In this document: positions 38,197-48,126 of the stretch, piece after piece
Layout: every line of letters begins with the position of its first letter
Numbering within the stretch: the stretch's first letter is position 1
Origin: an uncultured Alphaproteobacteria bacterium
GTDB lineage: Bacteria; Pseudomonadota; Alphaproteobacteria; RF32; CAG-239
Assembly: GCA_944391725.1 (NCBI GenBank)
Contig: CALXUQ010000001.1
Location: 17,345 to 81,344, forward strand
Reading direction: 5' to 3'
DNA: 64,000 bases
Made by a program: the position numbers and the translations under genes
The notes under the pieces: generated by a model
The model's database searches: none
What the model was told of the DNA's origin: nothing
What the model saw: the letters and a program-made list of their open reading frames with translations, nothing else

Positions 38197-39110
38197 GCGA
38201 AGAAACTTCCAACAACAACCAATCCCCCATTTATTTATTAGGCGAAACTCCGCTCAGTATCTATTTAGCATTTCGCCTTGATACAGCCGGAGAAAAACCC
38301 CTAATCATCACCGCACCGCAACCTGACAAACCTGAAGTAGTTGACATTACTATCAAAGAAGCTCAAAGCTTAAAAAAGCACAAATTTAGCTACACTTGCC
38401 AAAGTTACACTTTCACACCGGGAAAATTGTTGTTGATTACCTCCTCAATTTCCAAGCTCAAATCAGAGCTGATGTTACTTTCCCCCAAAAATTTGAGTGC
38501 TACCCCCGGTGTAATTTTTTCATCTCTGGAAGATGTTTCGATTGCCGAAACTCTGCTTGGCAAAACTCTAATTCGCGGCTATTTTGACGGCTGGTTGCAA
38601 AATAGCAATCAAACCATCACTCTTCTCGGCAATACCCCTAAAATCAGTTTAGTTAAAAATTACACCGTTTTAGAAGACTGTTTATCTGTCTTATCCACAT
38701 TGCAGCGCATTGGTTTGGAAAGTCAGACCGCAGAAAACGACAGTCAAATTTTTTGGGAGCATTTTGCGGTTCAGTTTTTAGGCTCTGTTCTTTCTGCCTC
38801 GGCTCAACAAAACATCTATAGCATCGTCAAAAGCAAAGACCGCCAACGCGGAATAGAAGGTTTAGCTACTGAGTTGGCTCAGTTGGCTCAAAACCAAAGG
38901 GCTGCCCTAAACCCGGAACAAATCAGCCAACAATTACAAAACATACCAATGCAATATACCTTTCCGGCCCAAAAACTCGATTCGGAGGCTATTAGTGAAC
39001 TTAACCACTATTACCGTTTTCTAATCAACCAAAGCTCAGCCGCCAAACTTCGCCTACCCAAACTTAACGCCCTCATGAAAGAAATATATTTTCGAATCAA
39101 TTCTTTTTAG
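38193..39110 (+). CDS. Hypothetical protein, weakly ketopantoate-reductase (ApbA/PanE)-like with a degenerate dinucleotide-binding motif
   Basis: The ATG at 38193 overlaps the rsmB stop (ATGA). IYLLGETPLSIYLAFRL replaces GxGxxG. C-terminal FWEHFAVQFLGSVLSAS resembles the ApbA_C pattern. Confidence 0.4.
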   Translation: MSEETSNNNQSPIYLLGETPLSIYLAFRLDTAGEKPLIITAPQPDKPEVVDITIKEAQSLKKHKFSYTCQSYTFTPGKLLLITSSISKLKSELMLLSPKNLSATPGVIFSSLEDVSIAETLLGKTLIRGYFDGWLQNSNQTITLLGNTPKISLVKNYTVLEDCLSVLSTLQRIGLESQTAENDSQIFWEHFAVQFLGSVLSASAQQNIYSIVKSKDRQRGIEGLATELAQLAQNQRAALNPEQISQQLQNIPMQYTFPAQKLDSEAISELNHYYRFLINQSSAAKLRLPKLNALMKEIYFRINSF

Positions 39111-39170
39111 CTTGAAGAAAAAAATAAAACGGCTAAACTACTTAATAAGGCAATCAGTAGGGGAAACAGA

Positions 39171-40238
39171 ATGTATTCGGAAAATCTTACCATTTATGCC
39201 GTTGCGGCCCTATCTTTCTTTTTGAGTTTCGGCGGTTTTTATTATTTAATCCTCCGCAATGAAGAACTTGACCCGCAAAAAAACGCTCCCTTTTTAGTTA
39301 TTTTTCCAATTTTTGCCCTTGCCTTAGTTTCACTATTTTATTTCATTCCCAACCAACAAGATTTCATTTATGGCCTATCTTGGTACAATCTGTCCTTACC
39401 TCTGCTTGGTAGTATTATCATTTATGGCAGCTGGCGTTTTACTAACTCTGCACACATTTCCACTCTTGCCATATTGTTGTGCTCTTGTGCCGCATATTTC
39501 ATACAACCTTCAGATTTTTCACTTAGCTCCGAACTTGCTCCCTGGCTGAGCGGCATAATTTTGTGCCTGATTTTGTTCTTTTTCAGCTTATGTTACCCAG
39601 TCATTAACGGCATTGATGGTATTTTAGGCCTTCAAACCACCGCTATTGGATTAGGAATTTTTATTCTTTCGCTAATTAGCGGAACCCCTAATCTCCTCGG
39701 CGGAATGGGGTTAAGCCTAGCGGCAATTATCTGTGCCTTTCTGATTTTCAATTGGTATCCGGCCAAATTGAGCTTAACCAAAGGCGGAGCCCATGCGCTT
39801 GGTTTTATTGTGGGCTGGCTGATGCTAAACACAACCTATGAGGGGAGTGGACCGGCGGTCATTACTTTTGCCTTATTTTTTATTGTTGAAACTTTTACCG
39901 CCTTGCTCAAAAAGATGACGCTTCGCCCCGAATATGCCAATTTATCCGCCAACACCAATTGCTACGAGGCCAACTTATCTGGTTTTCCGCCCTACTCAAT
40001 TGCCGCCAACATTTTCCGCTTACAAATAATTTTGCTGATGATGGGCTGTTTTGAACTTTATGCACCCAATGTTTATACCATTCCGCTGTTTACTCTGGTA
40101 GTTACCATCTGGTATCTTTCCAAACTCAAAAATTGGCAAAACTCCAACAAAACCATTCGCGAACTCAATCAAGATTTAATGGCCGAGATTAAAACCAATC
40201 TCAACAATGTCAAAAACCAAATCAACAAGGATAAATAA
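39171..40238 (+). CDS. MraY/WecA-family (glycosyltransferase family 4)-like polytopic membrane protein, divergent
   Basis: VINGIDGILGL (NxxDGxDGL-like) and IFNWYPAKLSLTKGGAHALGF in place of the usual ...PAK.FMGDxGS motif. Confidence 0.55.
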   Translation: MYSENLTIYAVAALSFFLSFGGFYYLILRNEELDPQKNAPFLVIFPIFALALVSLFYFIPNQQDFIYGLSWYNLSLPLLGSIIIYGSWRFTNSAHISTLAILLCSCAAYFIQPSDFSLSSELAPWLSGIILCLILFFFSLCYPVINGIDGILGLQTTAIGLGIFILSLISGTPNLLGGMGLSLAAIICAFLIFNWYPAKLSLTKGGAHALGFIVGWLMLNTTYEGSGPAVITFALFFIVETFTALLKKMTLRPEYANLSANTNCYEANLSGFPPYSIAANIFRLQIILLMMGCFELYAPNVYTIPLFTLVVTIWYLSKLKNWQNSNKTIRELNQDLMAEIKTNLNNVKNQINKDK

Positions 40239-40246
40239 CTCACCCC

Positions 40247-41611
40247 ATGACCGTCATCAGCTGGCTGCAACAAAAAATCTCCAATTTGCATCCCCGTACA
40301 GAAACACAAACTCTTACGGCTGCTGATCTTATAGACTTCAAAATTGTGGTTGTAGAGTTTTTAGACAATGTCGAAAGCAACTGCGGAGAAATTGTAACCC
40401 GCTTATTAGACAGTAAAGAAGGTTTATCGGCCACCTATTATGACGACCCCTTCCCCAAAACTTTTCTCAATTTGGAGAGCCGCACTCTTTTTGATTTAAT
40501 TGATCGCGGCCAATCGATAATTGAGCGCAGCCGTGCAGATGTTTTGGTCTGGGGCTGCCGCGAAGGAGATAAGATTAGGCTCAATTTTCAAACCGAACAA
40601 CAGTATGAAAATGAAGATTGCGCCTTTGTATCTTTGCTTGATAGTCTGTATCTTCCAGCCGCAATTTTTAGCTCTGACCAACCCTTACCGCACGCTATCG
40701 GCAATTTGATTTATGGTGCGGTGATTAGTTCGATTAATACTTTTTCCAAAGAAAAACAAATTCAAAAACGTTATTTGCTCAAAAAGATAATCAACTTACT
40801 GTCAAAAGACGATTCGGCCAAAAATTTATCCATTGATTATCTGCCCTATATTATGAATTTCTTAGGAATTATTTATTTGAGCTACAGTTACGACAATCAT
40901 CAGGAAAAAGACTTCAAGATTGTCCGCAATTTGTTTGATACTGCGCTTAAGCACCAAGATTTGATAAAAAATCCCATTCACCTTGGTTGTATATATTATC
41001 ACTTGGGGCAATTATACGATAGCGCCACCCAAAACATGGTGCACCGCCCTATGTCCTATTATCGCGATGCCATCATCTTTTATCGCCAAGCCCAAAAGCA
41101 TTTGAGCAAATATAATTATCCTTACGACTATGGGTATATTTCCTACAAACTTTCGGAATTATTTTTCAATTATTGGAAACAAAAGAACGACATTCAGGCT
41201 TTAAGAGACGCGGTATTTCAGTTACGCGAAAGCGAAAAAATATATACCTACGCTCAGTTTCCCGAATTTTGGTCAGAATTACAAGGAAGATTGGGCTATC
41301 TGCTGTCTTTGCTCGGCAGTTTCACCAATAGTGAAGAAATTTGCGAATTAGCCATTGCCAGTTACAAAAACCAGCAGAAAGTAATCACCGAAAGACGCGA
41401 CCCTCTGGCTTGGGCACGGATTCAAGAAGACATTGGCGAAATTTATTACCGCTTAGGTAAAGAATCCGCCGATAAAGATTTGTTAGAAGAAGCCTTAGAA
41501 TATTTTCACGATGCTTTGTACATATTTGAAAACGCCGAAGACGAAGACGAGATAAAGAAGCTTAACACCCATATTGCCAAAACCAGCCAAATTTTATCTC
41601 TCAGCCGATAA
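40247..41611 (+). CDS. Hypothetical protein with TPR-like C-terminal half
   Basis: 454 aa. Repeated helical Y/W/L-rich ~34-aa segments in the C-terminal 250 aa. Confidence 0.55.
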   Translation: MTVISWLQQKISNLHPRTETQTLTAADLIDFKIVVVEFLDNVESNCGEIVTRLLDSKEGLSATYYDDPFPKTFLNLESRTLFDLIDRGQSIIERSRADVLVWGCREGDKIRLNFQTEQQYENEDCAFVSLLDSLYLPAAIFSSDQPLPHAIGNLIYGAVISSINTFSKEKQIQKRYLLKKIINLLSKDDSAKNLSIDYLPYIMNFLGIIYLSYSYDNHQEKDFKIVRNLFDTALKHQDLIKNPIHLGCIYYHLGQLYDSATQNMVHRPMSYYRDAIIFYRQAQKHLSKYNYPYDYGYISYKLSELFFNYWKQKNDIQALRDAVFQLRESEKIYTYAQFPEFWSELQGRLGYLLSLLGSFTNSEEICELAIASYKNQQKVITERRDPLAWARIQEDIGEIYYRLGKESADKDLLEEALEYFHDALYIFENAEDEDEIKKLNTHIAKTSQILSLSR

Positions 41612-41631
41612 TTGGCAAGGCATAAATAAGA

Positions 41632-41902
41632 TATGTAGATTTTAAATCCTCCGTAAAATCGCTCCAATAAACCCTAGACGAGCACTAAACTCCGGCACTC
41701 CTTAAAGTTCGGATAGTGGAATTAGTAGAGTAGTTTTTAGGGCGAGAAAAGCTTGAGCGTATATAGAAATACGTGCAGTCGATAGTTGGCGATTGGCAAG
41801 CACCTCGTGCGCAGACAGAGCCTTACGTGACGAGCGAGCTTGCGAGATCAACTTTTCGAGACCCGCTAAAACTGCTCTAATAACCCAAAATACGAACTTT
41901 TA
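41632..41902 (+). repeat. Hairpin-unit array C: 5'-truncated type-2 unit (about 41632-41700) plus a complete type-3 unit (41701-41902)
   Basis: The unit starts CTTAAAGTTCGGAT and ends CTCTAATAACCCAAAATACGAACTTTTA. It closely matches 63227-63429, including an identical ~85-nt internal segment. Confidence 0.85.
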
Positions 41903-43006
41903 CCCGTCTTCCAAATGCAACAACACCGACACACTAATCATCGTAACAATCAAAGTCGGCGTCCACACCGCGAGCAAACCGGGGATATCCCCATTCACCC
42001 CAAAAGCATAAATCAGTTGAGAAAGAAAATAGACCAAGAAACCAGTCGAAATTCCGCCCACAATCAAATACATCACCCCGCCGCGCCGATTGTTAGGACG
42101 CAAAGCAAACACTGCTGCCACTAAAACCATCGCACACAACAAGAAAGGAGATGCCAACAAAGACCAGTAACGGAGCTGATGTTTTTGGGCCGAAAAGCCT
42201 GATTTTTCATAAAAGCTGATAGTACCAGGCAAATTCCAAAACGAGATAGCCTCCGGCGGCACAAAATTTTCTTTGATTCTATCAATGGTCAGCTCAGTTT
42301 TATATTTAACATTGTTTGCGGTTTTAACCGGCTTTCCGGCCTCATAAATTTTGACATCGGCCAGCTCAAACATATTATTTTTAAGTGTTGCGGCAAAAGC
42401 CTGAATATTTTTGATTAGTTCGGAGTTGCGCCCCAGCTCCAAAATACTAACCCCATGCATCAACAACACATTTTTCTCTTGGCGCACAGATTTTGCCTGC
42501 AACACCAAAAAACGATCCGCATCAATGGCCTCACGCAACCATAGTCCCTTTTCAGAAAAGAGTACGGCTTTGGGGTTACGGGTTTTGAAACGATAATCAA
42601 GTGTTTCGTAGAGTTCATTCATGCGCGCGGCAATCGGATTAATCACGGTGATATTGATTACCCCGATAATAAAGGTAGTCAAAAGCACCGGCGCCAAGAA
42701 GCCCCAAATAGAAACTCCGGCGGCCCGAATAATCACAAATTCATTACTTTTACTAACCCGCCAAAACGTAATCATGGCCGCAATCATCATCACGAACGGG
42801 AACACCAATTCGAGTGTTTTAGGCAGTTTGGTAATTGCCATTTCCATCACAAACCCAAAACCGACATCATCACGACCGGAAGTACGGCGCAACAGCTCCA
42901 CCACCTCAAACAATAAGACGATTCCCATCACCATCATGAGCACGCCAAAAAAGCTAAACAAGAGCTGCTTACTTAAATATTTTCCTAAAATTGATTTTGG
43001 GTTCAT
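41900..43006 (-). CDS. LptF/LptG family LPS export permease
   Basis: 368 aa, YjgP/YjgQ-type topology (3 TM, periplasmic domain, 3 TM). Confidence 0.8.
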   Translation of the reverse strand: MNPKSILGKYLSKQLLFSFFGVLMMVMGIVLLFEVVELLRRTSGRDDVGFGFVMEMAITKLPKTLELVFPFVMMIAAMITFWRVSKSNEFVIIRAAGVSIWGFLAPVLLTTFIIGVINITVINPIAARMNELYETLDYRFKTRNPKAVLFSEKGLWLREAIDADRFLVLQAKSVRQEKNVLLMHGVSILELGRNSELIKNIQAFAATLKNNMFELADVKIYEAGKPVKTANNVKYKTELTIDRIKENFVPPEAISFWNLPGTISFYEKSGFSAQKHQLRYWSLLASPFLLCAMVLVAAVFALRPNNRRGGVMYLIVGGISTGFLVYFLSQLIYAFGVNGDIPGLLAVWTPTLIVTMISVSVLLHLEDG

Positions 43007-43050
43007 GTTTTTAATCCGATAATACTGTCACTAAGATAATCAAAAAGCTC

Positions 43051-43992
43051 TCACTTGGCAAGCTTATTATCTTCTTTACGTCCGGGTTGGAACAATTTCA
43101 AAATTTCGGGATCATCCTGCTTGGCCTCAATCACCTCTTTGCGGATTTTGCGGTTGCGAGCAAACAGTTCAAACAGTTTGTCGCCTTCGTCCCAGCGAAT
43201 GTTGCGCTCCAAGGCAATTAGATCCTCAACAAAGCGTTGAATAAGTTCCAAAATTGTGGTTTTGTTATTGAGCAAAATATCGCGCCACATTGTCGGGTCA
43301 GAACCGGCAATACGCGTAAAATCACGAAAACCCGAGGCCGAATATTTAATGATTTCTTGTTGTTCATAACCCTCAAGATCCGCCACCGTTCCCACAATTG
43401 AAAAGGCTATCAGGTGGGGCAAATGCGAAACTGCGGCCATCACTTTGTCATGGTGCTCCGGCGACATGAAATCGATTCGCATTTTGGCCGACTTCCACAT
43501 TTCCGCCACCTTTTGCAGTGCATCCTGCGGAGTGTTTTCCACCGGAGTTAAGATACACCAACGTCCTTCAAAAAGTTCATAGAAACCAGCCTCCGGACCC
43601 GACTTTTCGGTACCGGCCACCGGATGACCGGGAATATAGATAACTCCGCTTTGCGGAGGAATATGCGGCAAAATTTGTTCAATAGCAAATTTTTTGATAG
43701 AACCGACATCCGTGATAATTGCCCCCGGTTTTAGCACCGGCATAATCTCTTCTGCCAGCTTACCATACACCCCGACCGGAGTAGATAACACCACCAAATC
43801 TGCCCCTTTGGAAGCTTCAGCGGCAGATGGAGCATAAGCATCGGCAATTTTGAGTTCCACCGCCTTACGCATATAATCGGGGTTAGTATCAAACACCACC
43901 ACTTCGCGGCACAGTTCATTGCGTTTGAGCACTCTGGCCAAAGATGAGCCGATAAGCCCAATACCGATAATTGCAACTTTATTAAATAGCAT
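43051..43992 (-). CDS. Prephenate/arogenate dehydrogenase family protein
   Basis: ATG at 43992 (MLFNKVAIIGIGLIGSSLARVL, GxGxxG). HPVAGTEKSGP motif. Confidence 0.8.
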   Translation of the reverse strand: MLFNKVAIIGIGLIGSSLARVLKRNELCREVVVFDTNPDYMRKAVELKIADAYAPSAAEASKGADLVVLSTPVGVYGKLAEEIMPVLKPGAIITDVGSIKKFAIEQILPHIPPQSGVIYIPGHPVAGTEKSGPEAGFYELFEGRWCILTPVENTPQDALQKVAEMWKSAKMRIDFMSPEHHDKVMAAVSHLPHLIAFSIVGTVADLEGYEQQEIIKYSASGFRDFTRIAGSDPTMWRDILLNNKTTILELIQRFVEDLIALERNIRWDEGDKLFELFARNRKIRKEVIEAKQDDPEILKLFQPGRKEDNKLAK

Positions 43993-44002
43993 CCAGATAC
44001 CC

Positions 44003-44932
44003 CTAGTCAAAATAACCCAAAGAGAGGTAACGCTCCACCGCATCGGGCAAAATTATGACAATATTTTTGCCCTTAAATTCTTCTCGCTTGGCAATTTCGA
44101 TTGCCGCACTCAAAGCCGCTCCGGCCGAGATTCCCACCGGCAAGCCCTCGATTTTGGCCACTTCTTTAGCAGCCGATAAAGCATCTTCATCGGTAACATC
44201 AATCACCTCATTGACCAATTTTTTATCATAGAACTTAGGCACAAAACCTGCCCCAATACCGGGGATTTTGTGAGGACCGGCCTCTCCGCCGTTTAAGACC
44301 GGGCTGGATTTTGGCTCCACTGCCACCACATACAAATCCGGATTATACGAGCGTAAAGTAGAGGCAATTCCGGTTAAGGTGCCCGAAGTCCCGACTGTTG
44401 CTACCAGCGCATCGACCGCCCCGCCGGTATCTTCAAAAATCTCAATACTGGTGCTAAGACGGTGCGCATCAGGATTAGCTTCGTTAGTAAACTGGCTCAG
44501 CAACAAAACACTGGGATTTTTCTCCGCCAGCATATCGGCTTTGGCAATTGCCCCGCTCATACCGTCTTCCGCCGGCGTCAAAATCACCTCGGCACCAAAA
44601 TGGCGCATCAAAAGAATGCGTTCTTTGCTCATATTTTCGGGCATGGTTATTACCAGTTTATAGCCCTTAGCCGCACAAATGGCTGCCAACCCAATACCCG
44701 TATTACCCGAAGTTGCCTCCACAAACACGGTTTCATCCGAGATTTTGCCGCTTTTTTCGGCATTTTCAATCATTTTGAGTGCGACCCGATCTTTAATTGA
44801 AAAAGCCGGATTGTAAAACTCGCATTTGGCCAGCAGATTAGCTTTAACTTTATGAGCTTTAGCCAGTTTAGATAGTTTGAGCATGGGTGTTTTGCCGACC
44901 AGTTCGACCACCGAATTATAAATTTTTGTCAT
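44003..44932 (-). CDS. cysK: Cysteine synthase A (O-acetylserine sulfhydrylase)
   Basis: NPAFSIKDR PLP-lysine motif, TSGNTGIGLA and GTSGTLTG. Confidence 0.9.
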   Translation of the reverse strand: MTKIYNSVVELVGKTPMLKLSKLAKAHKVKANLLAKCEFYNPAFSIKDRVALKMIENAEKSGKISDETVFVEATSGNTGIGLAAICAAKGYKLVITMPENMSKERILLMRHFGAEVILTPAEDGMSGAIAKADMLAEKNPSVLLLSQFTNEANPDAHRLSTSIEIFEDTGGAVDALVATVGTSGTLTGIASTLRSYNPDLYVVAVEPKSSPVLNGGEAGPHKIPGIGAGFVPKFYDKKLVNEVIDVTDEDALSAAKEVAKIEGLPVGISAGAALSAAIEIAKREEFKGKNIVIILPDAVERYLSLGYFD

Positions 44933-45032
44933 CTTTCAACCTTTTGCCTTGTTTATAATCCATAAAATATACTTTAATAAGTATCAAGACTTGAGTATTA
45001 TTACAATCAAATTAAGGAATAAAGCACAAAAA

Positions 45033-45596
45033 ATGAAACAGATTGTATTTATCATCCTCACTTTGATATTTGCCCAACCGGCATTTTCGGCCAATAGCCT
45101 TGATGAGCTTTATCGCGACTTAATCCGCGCCGATAATGAAGGCTATTTACCCTTGTTTGTCAAGAACCGTAAAGTGCCCGATATTTTGAGTGATGATAAA
45201 ATTCCCGCCGCCCCTCAACCTGTGGCATCTACTCCTACACCAAACGATGTTCCGCAAGAGGTCAGTTTTGTTGACCCCCGCCAAAAGGAAGTCGAAGCCG
45301 CCAAAGCCGAAGCCCAAGCCTGGGAAAATGCCATCAAAGCCATTCAGGAAAATCGGGTCACCCCAATTGAGCTGGAAGAAGTTCTCAAACGCGTAGAGCA
45401 AAACAACCCTCGTGCGATTGAGATATATGCCTGGATGTTGACCAAAGGCGTGGGCGTCAAACAAAATCTGATTAAAGCCTTCCAGCTTTATCAGCAAGCC
45501 GCCAAATTAGGCGTACTCAATGCCGAAAACAATGCCGCACAAATCTATCGAGTTTTATCTCCTGACGAGAGAGCCTATTTAGCTAAAAACTCTTAG
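45033..45596 (+). CDS. Secreted Sel1-repeat protein
   Basis: ATG at 45033. Signal peptide MKQIVFIILTLIFAQPAFSA. C-terminal AWMLTKGVGVKQNLIKAFQLYQQAAKLG Sel1 motif. Confidence 0.7.
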   Translation: MKQIVFIILTLIFAQPAFSANSLDELYRDLIRADNEGYLPLFVKNRKVPDILSDDKIPAAPQPVASTPTPNDVPQEVSFVDPRQKEVEAAKAEAQAWENAIKAIQENRVTPIELEEVLKRVEQNNPRAIEIYAWMLTKGVGVKQNLIKAFQLYQQAAKLGVLNAENNAAQIYRVLSPDERAYLAKNS

Positions 45597-46270
45597 TGAT
45601 GCAGAGCTTTGTCTTCTTCTGCCTCTTTCATCAGCTCTTTAACAAAGCGTTTGAGTCCGACCTGACGTACTCTCTTCATCCGTTCTCCGGAGATAATTTT
45701 TTGCACCTTTTTGATGGTTTCTTCCAAATCCACATTCACAATCACGTAGTCAAACTCATCCCAGTGCACAATTTTATCTAAGATGATACCCATTCTTTTT
45801 TCAATCACCTCTTGAGAGTCAGTTCCGCGGCTTTCCAAGCGGCGGCGCAGTTCCTTAATCGAGGGAGGCAAGAGATAGATTGTCACCACATCATCACCGG
45901 CTTTAGCTTTCATCTCCCGAGCACCGGCCCAGTCAATATCAAACAGCACGTCTTGCCCAATATTGATAAAACTATCGACCTCGGAGCGCAAAGTTCCGTA
46001 ACGAGCCGAATATTGCGATTCGACGTGTTCATAAAAAGCATCTTGCGCCAAATATTGGTCATATTGTTCATCGGTCACAAAGATATAATCCACGCCGTCA
46101 ACCTCACCCGGACGTTTAGGTCTGGTGGTTACCGAAACCGAGAATTTGATATTTTTATCACGAGCCAACAACTCTTTGACCACGGCACTTTTACCGGTTC
46201 CCGAAGGCGCCTCAATAATAAACATGGCACCTTTACGCACTTTTCTTAAATTATCAATAATTTCATCCAT
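45593..46270 (-). CDS. gmk: Guanylate kinase
   Basis: ATG at 46270. APSGTGKS P-loop. VTTRPKRPGEVDGVDYIF. Confidence 0.9.
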   Translation of the reverse strand: MDEIIDNLRKVRKGAMFIIEAPSGTGKSAVVKELLARDKNIKFSVSVTTRPKRPGEVDGVDYIFVTDEQYDQYLAQDAFYEHVESQYSARYGTLRSEVDSFINIGQDVLFDIDWAGAREMKAKAGDDVVTIYLLPPSIKELRRRLESRGTDSQEVIEKRMGIILDKIVHWDEFDYVIVNVDLEETIKKVQKIISGERMKRVRQVGLKRFVKELMKEAEEDKALHH

Positions 46271-46278
46271 CACACACC

Positions 46279-47169
46279 TCACTCAATATTTTGAACTTGT
46301 TCTCTAAATTGCTCAATCAGCGCCTTTAGCTCCATTCCACAGTTAGTCAGTTCGATTTCGGCAGACTTGGAGCAAATTGTGTTGCTTTCACGATTGAGTT
46401 CCTGACACAAAAAGTCGAGCCTCCGCCCGATATTTCCACCGTTATTAAGCAGTTCTCCGGCAGTTTTGATATGCGCTTTCAAACGGTCGATTTCTTCTTG
46501 AATGTCCGCTTTGGTAACATATAAAACCACTTCCTGCGCCAAACGCTCCTCGCTGATTTGGTTAGAAGGCTCAAGCCAAAGTGCAATTTGTTGTTGTAGT
46601 TTGTCTTTAAGCCGTGCCGGCAGATTTTGAGCAATCTCATCAACTTTGGAAACCACTTCGCTGATTTTATAAATGATATCGCGCAGAGCGGCGGCAATTT
46701 TTTCGCCTTCGGCCTGGCGGTCCTGTTGCAAAGCCTCACAAGCCTGCGCAAAACTATCTAAAATTTCCGATTGCAGTTCGGCGGTTTCTTGTTCATCAAG
46801 TTTGTGATCCTCAATCTCGACCACCCCGCGAATATTTAGGATTTCAGCCGGATTAGGTTTTTGCATCAAGTCCTGATTATCTTGGTAGAGCTGCAAAATT
46901 TGGCTAGTAATTTTAGCAAGCAACTGTTCATTAATTTTGAGCTCCGGTTCACTGTTTGAGGCCGATACATCTAAAACCGCATAGACATTGCCGCGGGTTA
47001 GATATTCGGCAGCCAAATTTTTTATAGACTGGCTCATCCAATCAAGCCACATCGGGAGTTTGGTTTTAAGCTCTAATGATTTGCCATTAACCGATTTCAG
47101 TTCCCAAAACCAAGTATAATCGGTTTCCTTCACCCGAAAAGCACCATTCACTCTTGCAAATCCGGTCAT
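46279..47169 (-). CDS. yicC: YicC/YloC family stress-induced protein
   Basis: MTGFARVNG start at 47169. C-terminal GRRLDFLCQELNRESNTICSKS motif. Confidence 0.85.
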   Translation of the reverse strand: MTGFARVNGAFRVKETDYTWFWELKSVNGKSLELKTKLPMWLDWMSQSIKNLAAEYLTRGNVYAVLDVSASNSEPELKINEQLLAKITSQILQLYQDNQDLMQKPNPAEILNIRGVVEIEDHKLDEQETAELQSEILDSFAQACEALQQDRQAEGEKIAAALRDIIYKISEVVSKVDEIAQNLPARLKDKLQQQIALWLEPSNQISEERLAQEVVLYVTKADIQEEIDRLKAHIKTAGELLNNGGNIGRRLDFLCQELNRESNTICSKSAEIELTNCGMELKALIEQFREQVQNIE

Positions 47170-47259
47170 ACTGGATATATACAAAATAACACTCCTCAAA
47201 TCAGATTTTTTATATTATAGTGGCGATTATAAAGACTAAACCTTAACTCAGGATTAAAA

Positions 47260-48030
47260 ATGCTAACAAATGCTGAAAATATCTTAATCACCGGAGCAAG
47301 CAGTGGAATTGGGCGAGCTCTGGCGATATATTATGCTCAAAACGGAGCAAAAAATTTGTTTATCTGTGGCCGCAATTTTGAACGCCTTTCTGCCGTTCAG
47401 AACGAATGTACCACATATGGCGCATCAGTTTATCCGTGCATTTTAGATGTTACCGATAGACAAGCCGTCAAAGAATGGATATTTAACTGTGAGCAGGTTG
47501 CACCACTAAACTTAGTCATTGCCAATGCCGGTGTAGCCACTCTGCAAGAAACCCCGGAGCACATCTACAACACTTTTGAGACCAACATTTTTGGGGTTGT
47601 CAATACGGTATTACCGAGCATTGAAGTATATCGGCAAAGAGATAATAAGGCAGATAAGCGCAAAGCCATTGCCATCATCAGTTCGATAGCGGGTTATCAT
47701 GGTATGCCGAGTTGTCCTTCTTATAGTGCCTCTAAAGCCTGCGTTAAAGCTTGGGGCGAAGGCTTAAGAGGAGATTTGAAAGGAGATAAAATCAAAGTTA
47801 GCGTAGTGTGCCCCGGCTTTGTCCGCTCCGGCATTACGGATAAAAATACTTGCCCCATGCCATTTTTCTTAGAAAGTGATAAGGCCGCCGCAATCATTGC
47901 TCAGCGCATAGATAAGAATGTCGGGTTGATAGCATTCCCCTGGCCTACCCGATTTTTTGCATGGTTTGGTTCCATTTTACCCAACCGAATTAGCCAGTTT
48001 GTATACGACCGCCTTCCACATAAAGTTTAG
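47260..48030 (+). CDS. Short-chain dehydrogenase/reductase (SDR)
   Basis: TGASSGIGRA cofactor motif and YSASK active site. Confidence 0.85.
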   Translation: MLTNAENILITGASSGIGRALAIYYAQNGAKNLFICGRNFERLSAVQNECTTYGASVYPCILDVTDRQAVKEWIFNCEQVAPLNLVIANAGVATLQETPEHIYNTFETNIFGVVNTVLPSIEVYRQRDNKADKRKAIAIISSIAGYHGMPSCPSYSASKACVKAWGEGLRGDLKGDKIKVSVVCPGFVRSGITDKNTCPMPFFLESDKAAAIIAQRIDKNVGLIAFPWPTRFFAWFGSILPNRISQFVYDRLPHKV

Positions 48031-48046
48031 ATAATAAGTCCTTAAT

Positions 48047-48076
48047 TAAAACTCCGCTTGGTGCGGAGTTTTTTTG
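48047..48076 (+). terminator. Rho-independent terminator of the SDR gene
   Basis: AACTCCGC-ttggt-GCGGAGTT followed by TTTTTT. Confidence 0.85.
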
Positions 48077-48092
48077 TACCTCAAAAATCCGC

Positions 48093-48120
48093 TTGCAAAT
48101 TTGATAAGATAGGATAAGCT
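48093..48120 (+). promoter_or_regulatory. Predicted promoter of composite module A
   Basis: TTGCAA, 16-nt spacer, TAAGCT, 6 nt before the start of inter-copy conservation (48127). The same hexamers and spacing occur at 62445-62472. Confidence 0.5.
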
Positions 48121-48126
48121 AAAACT

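Noticed and set aside
41793-42011. 72-aa plus-strand ORF starting inside repeat array C
   Set aside because: It begins within the repeated type-3 unit, whose sequence is identical at 63300-63400 where the frame is not maintained as a gene. It also runs antisense into lptF/G.
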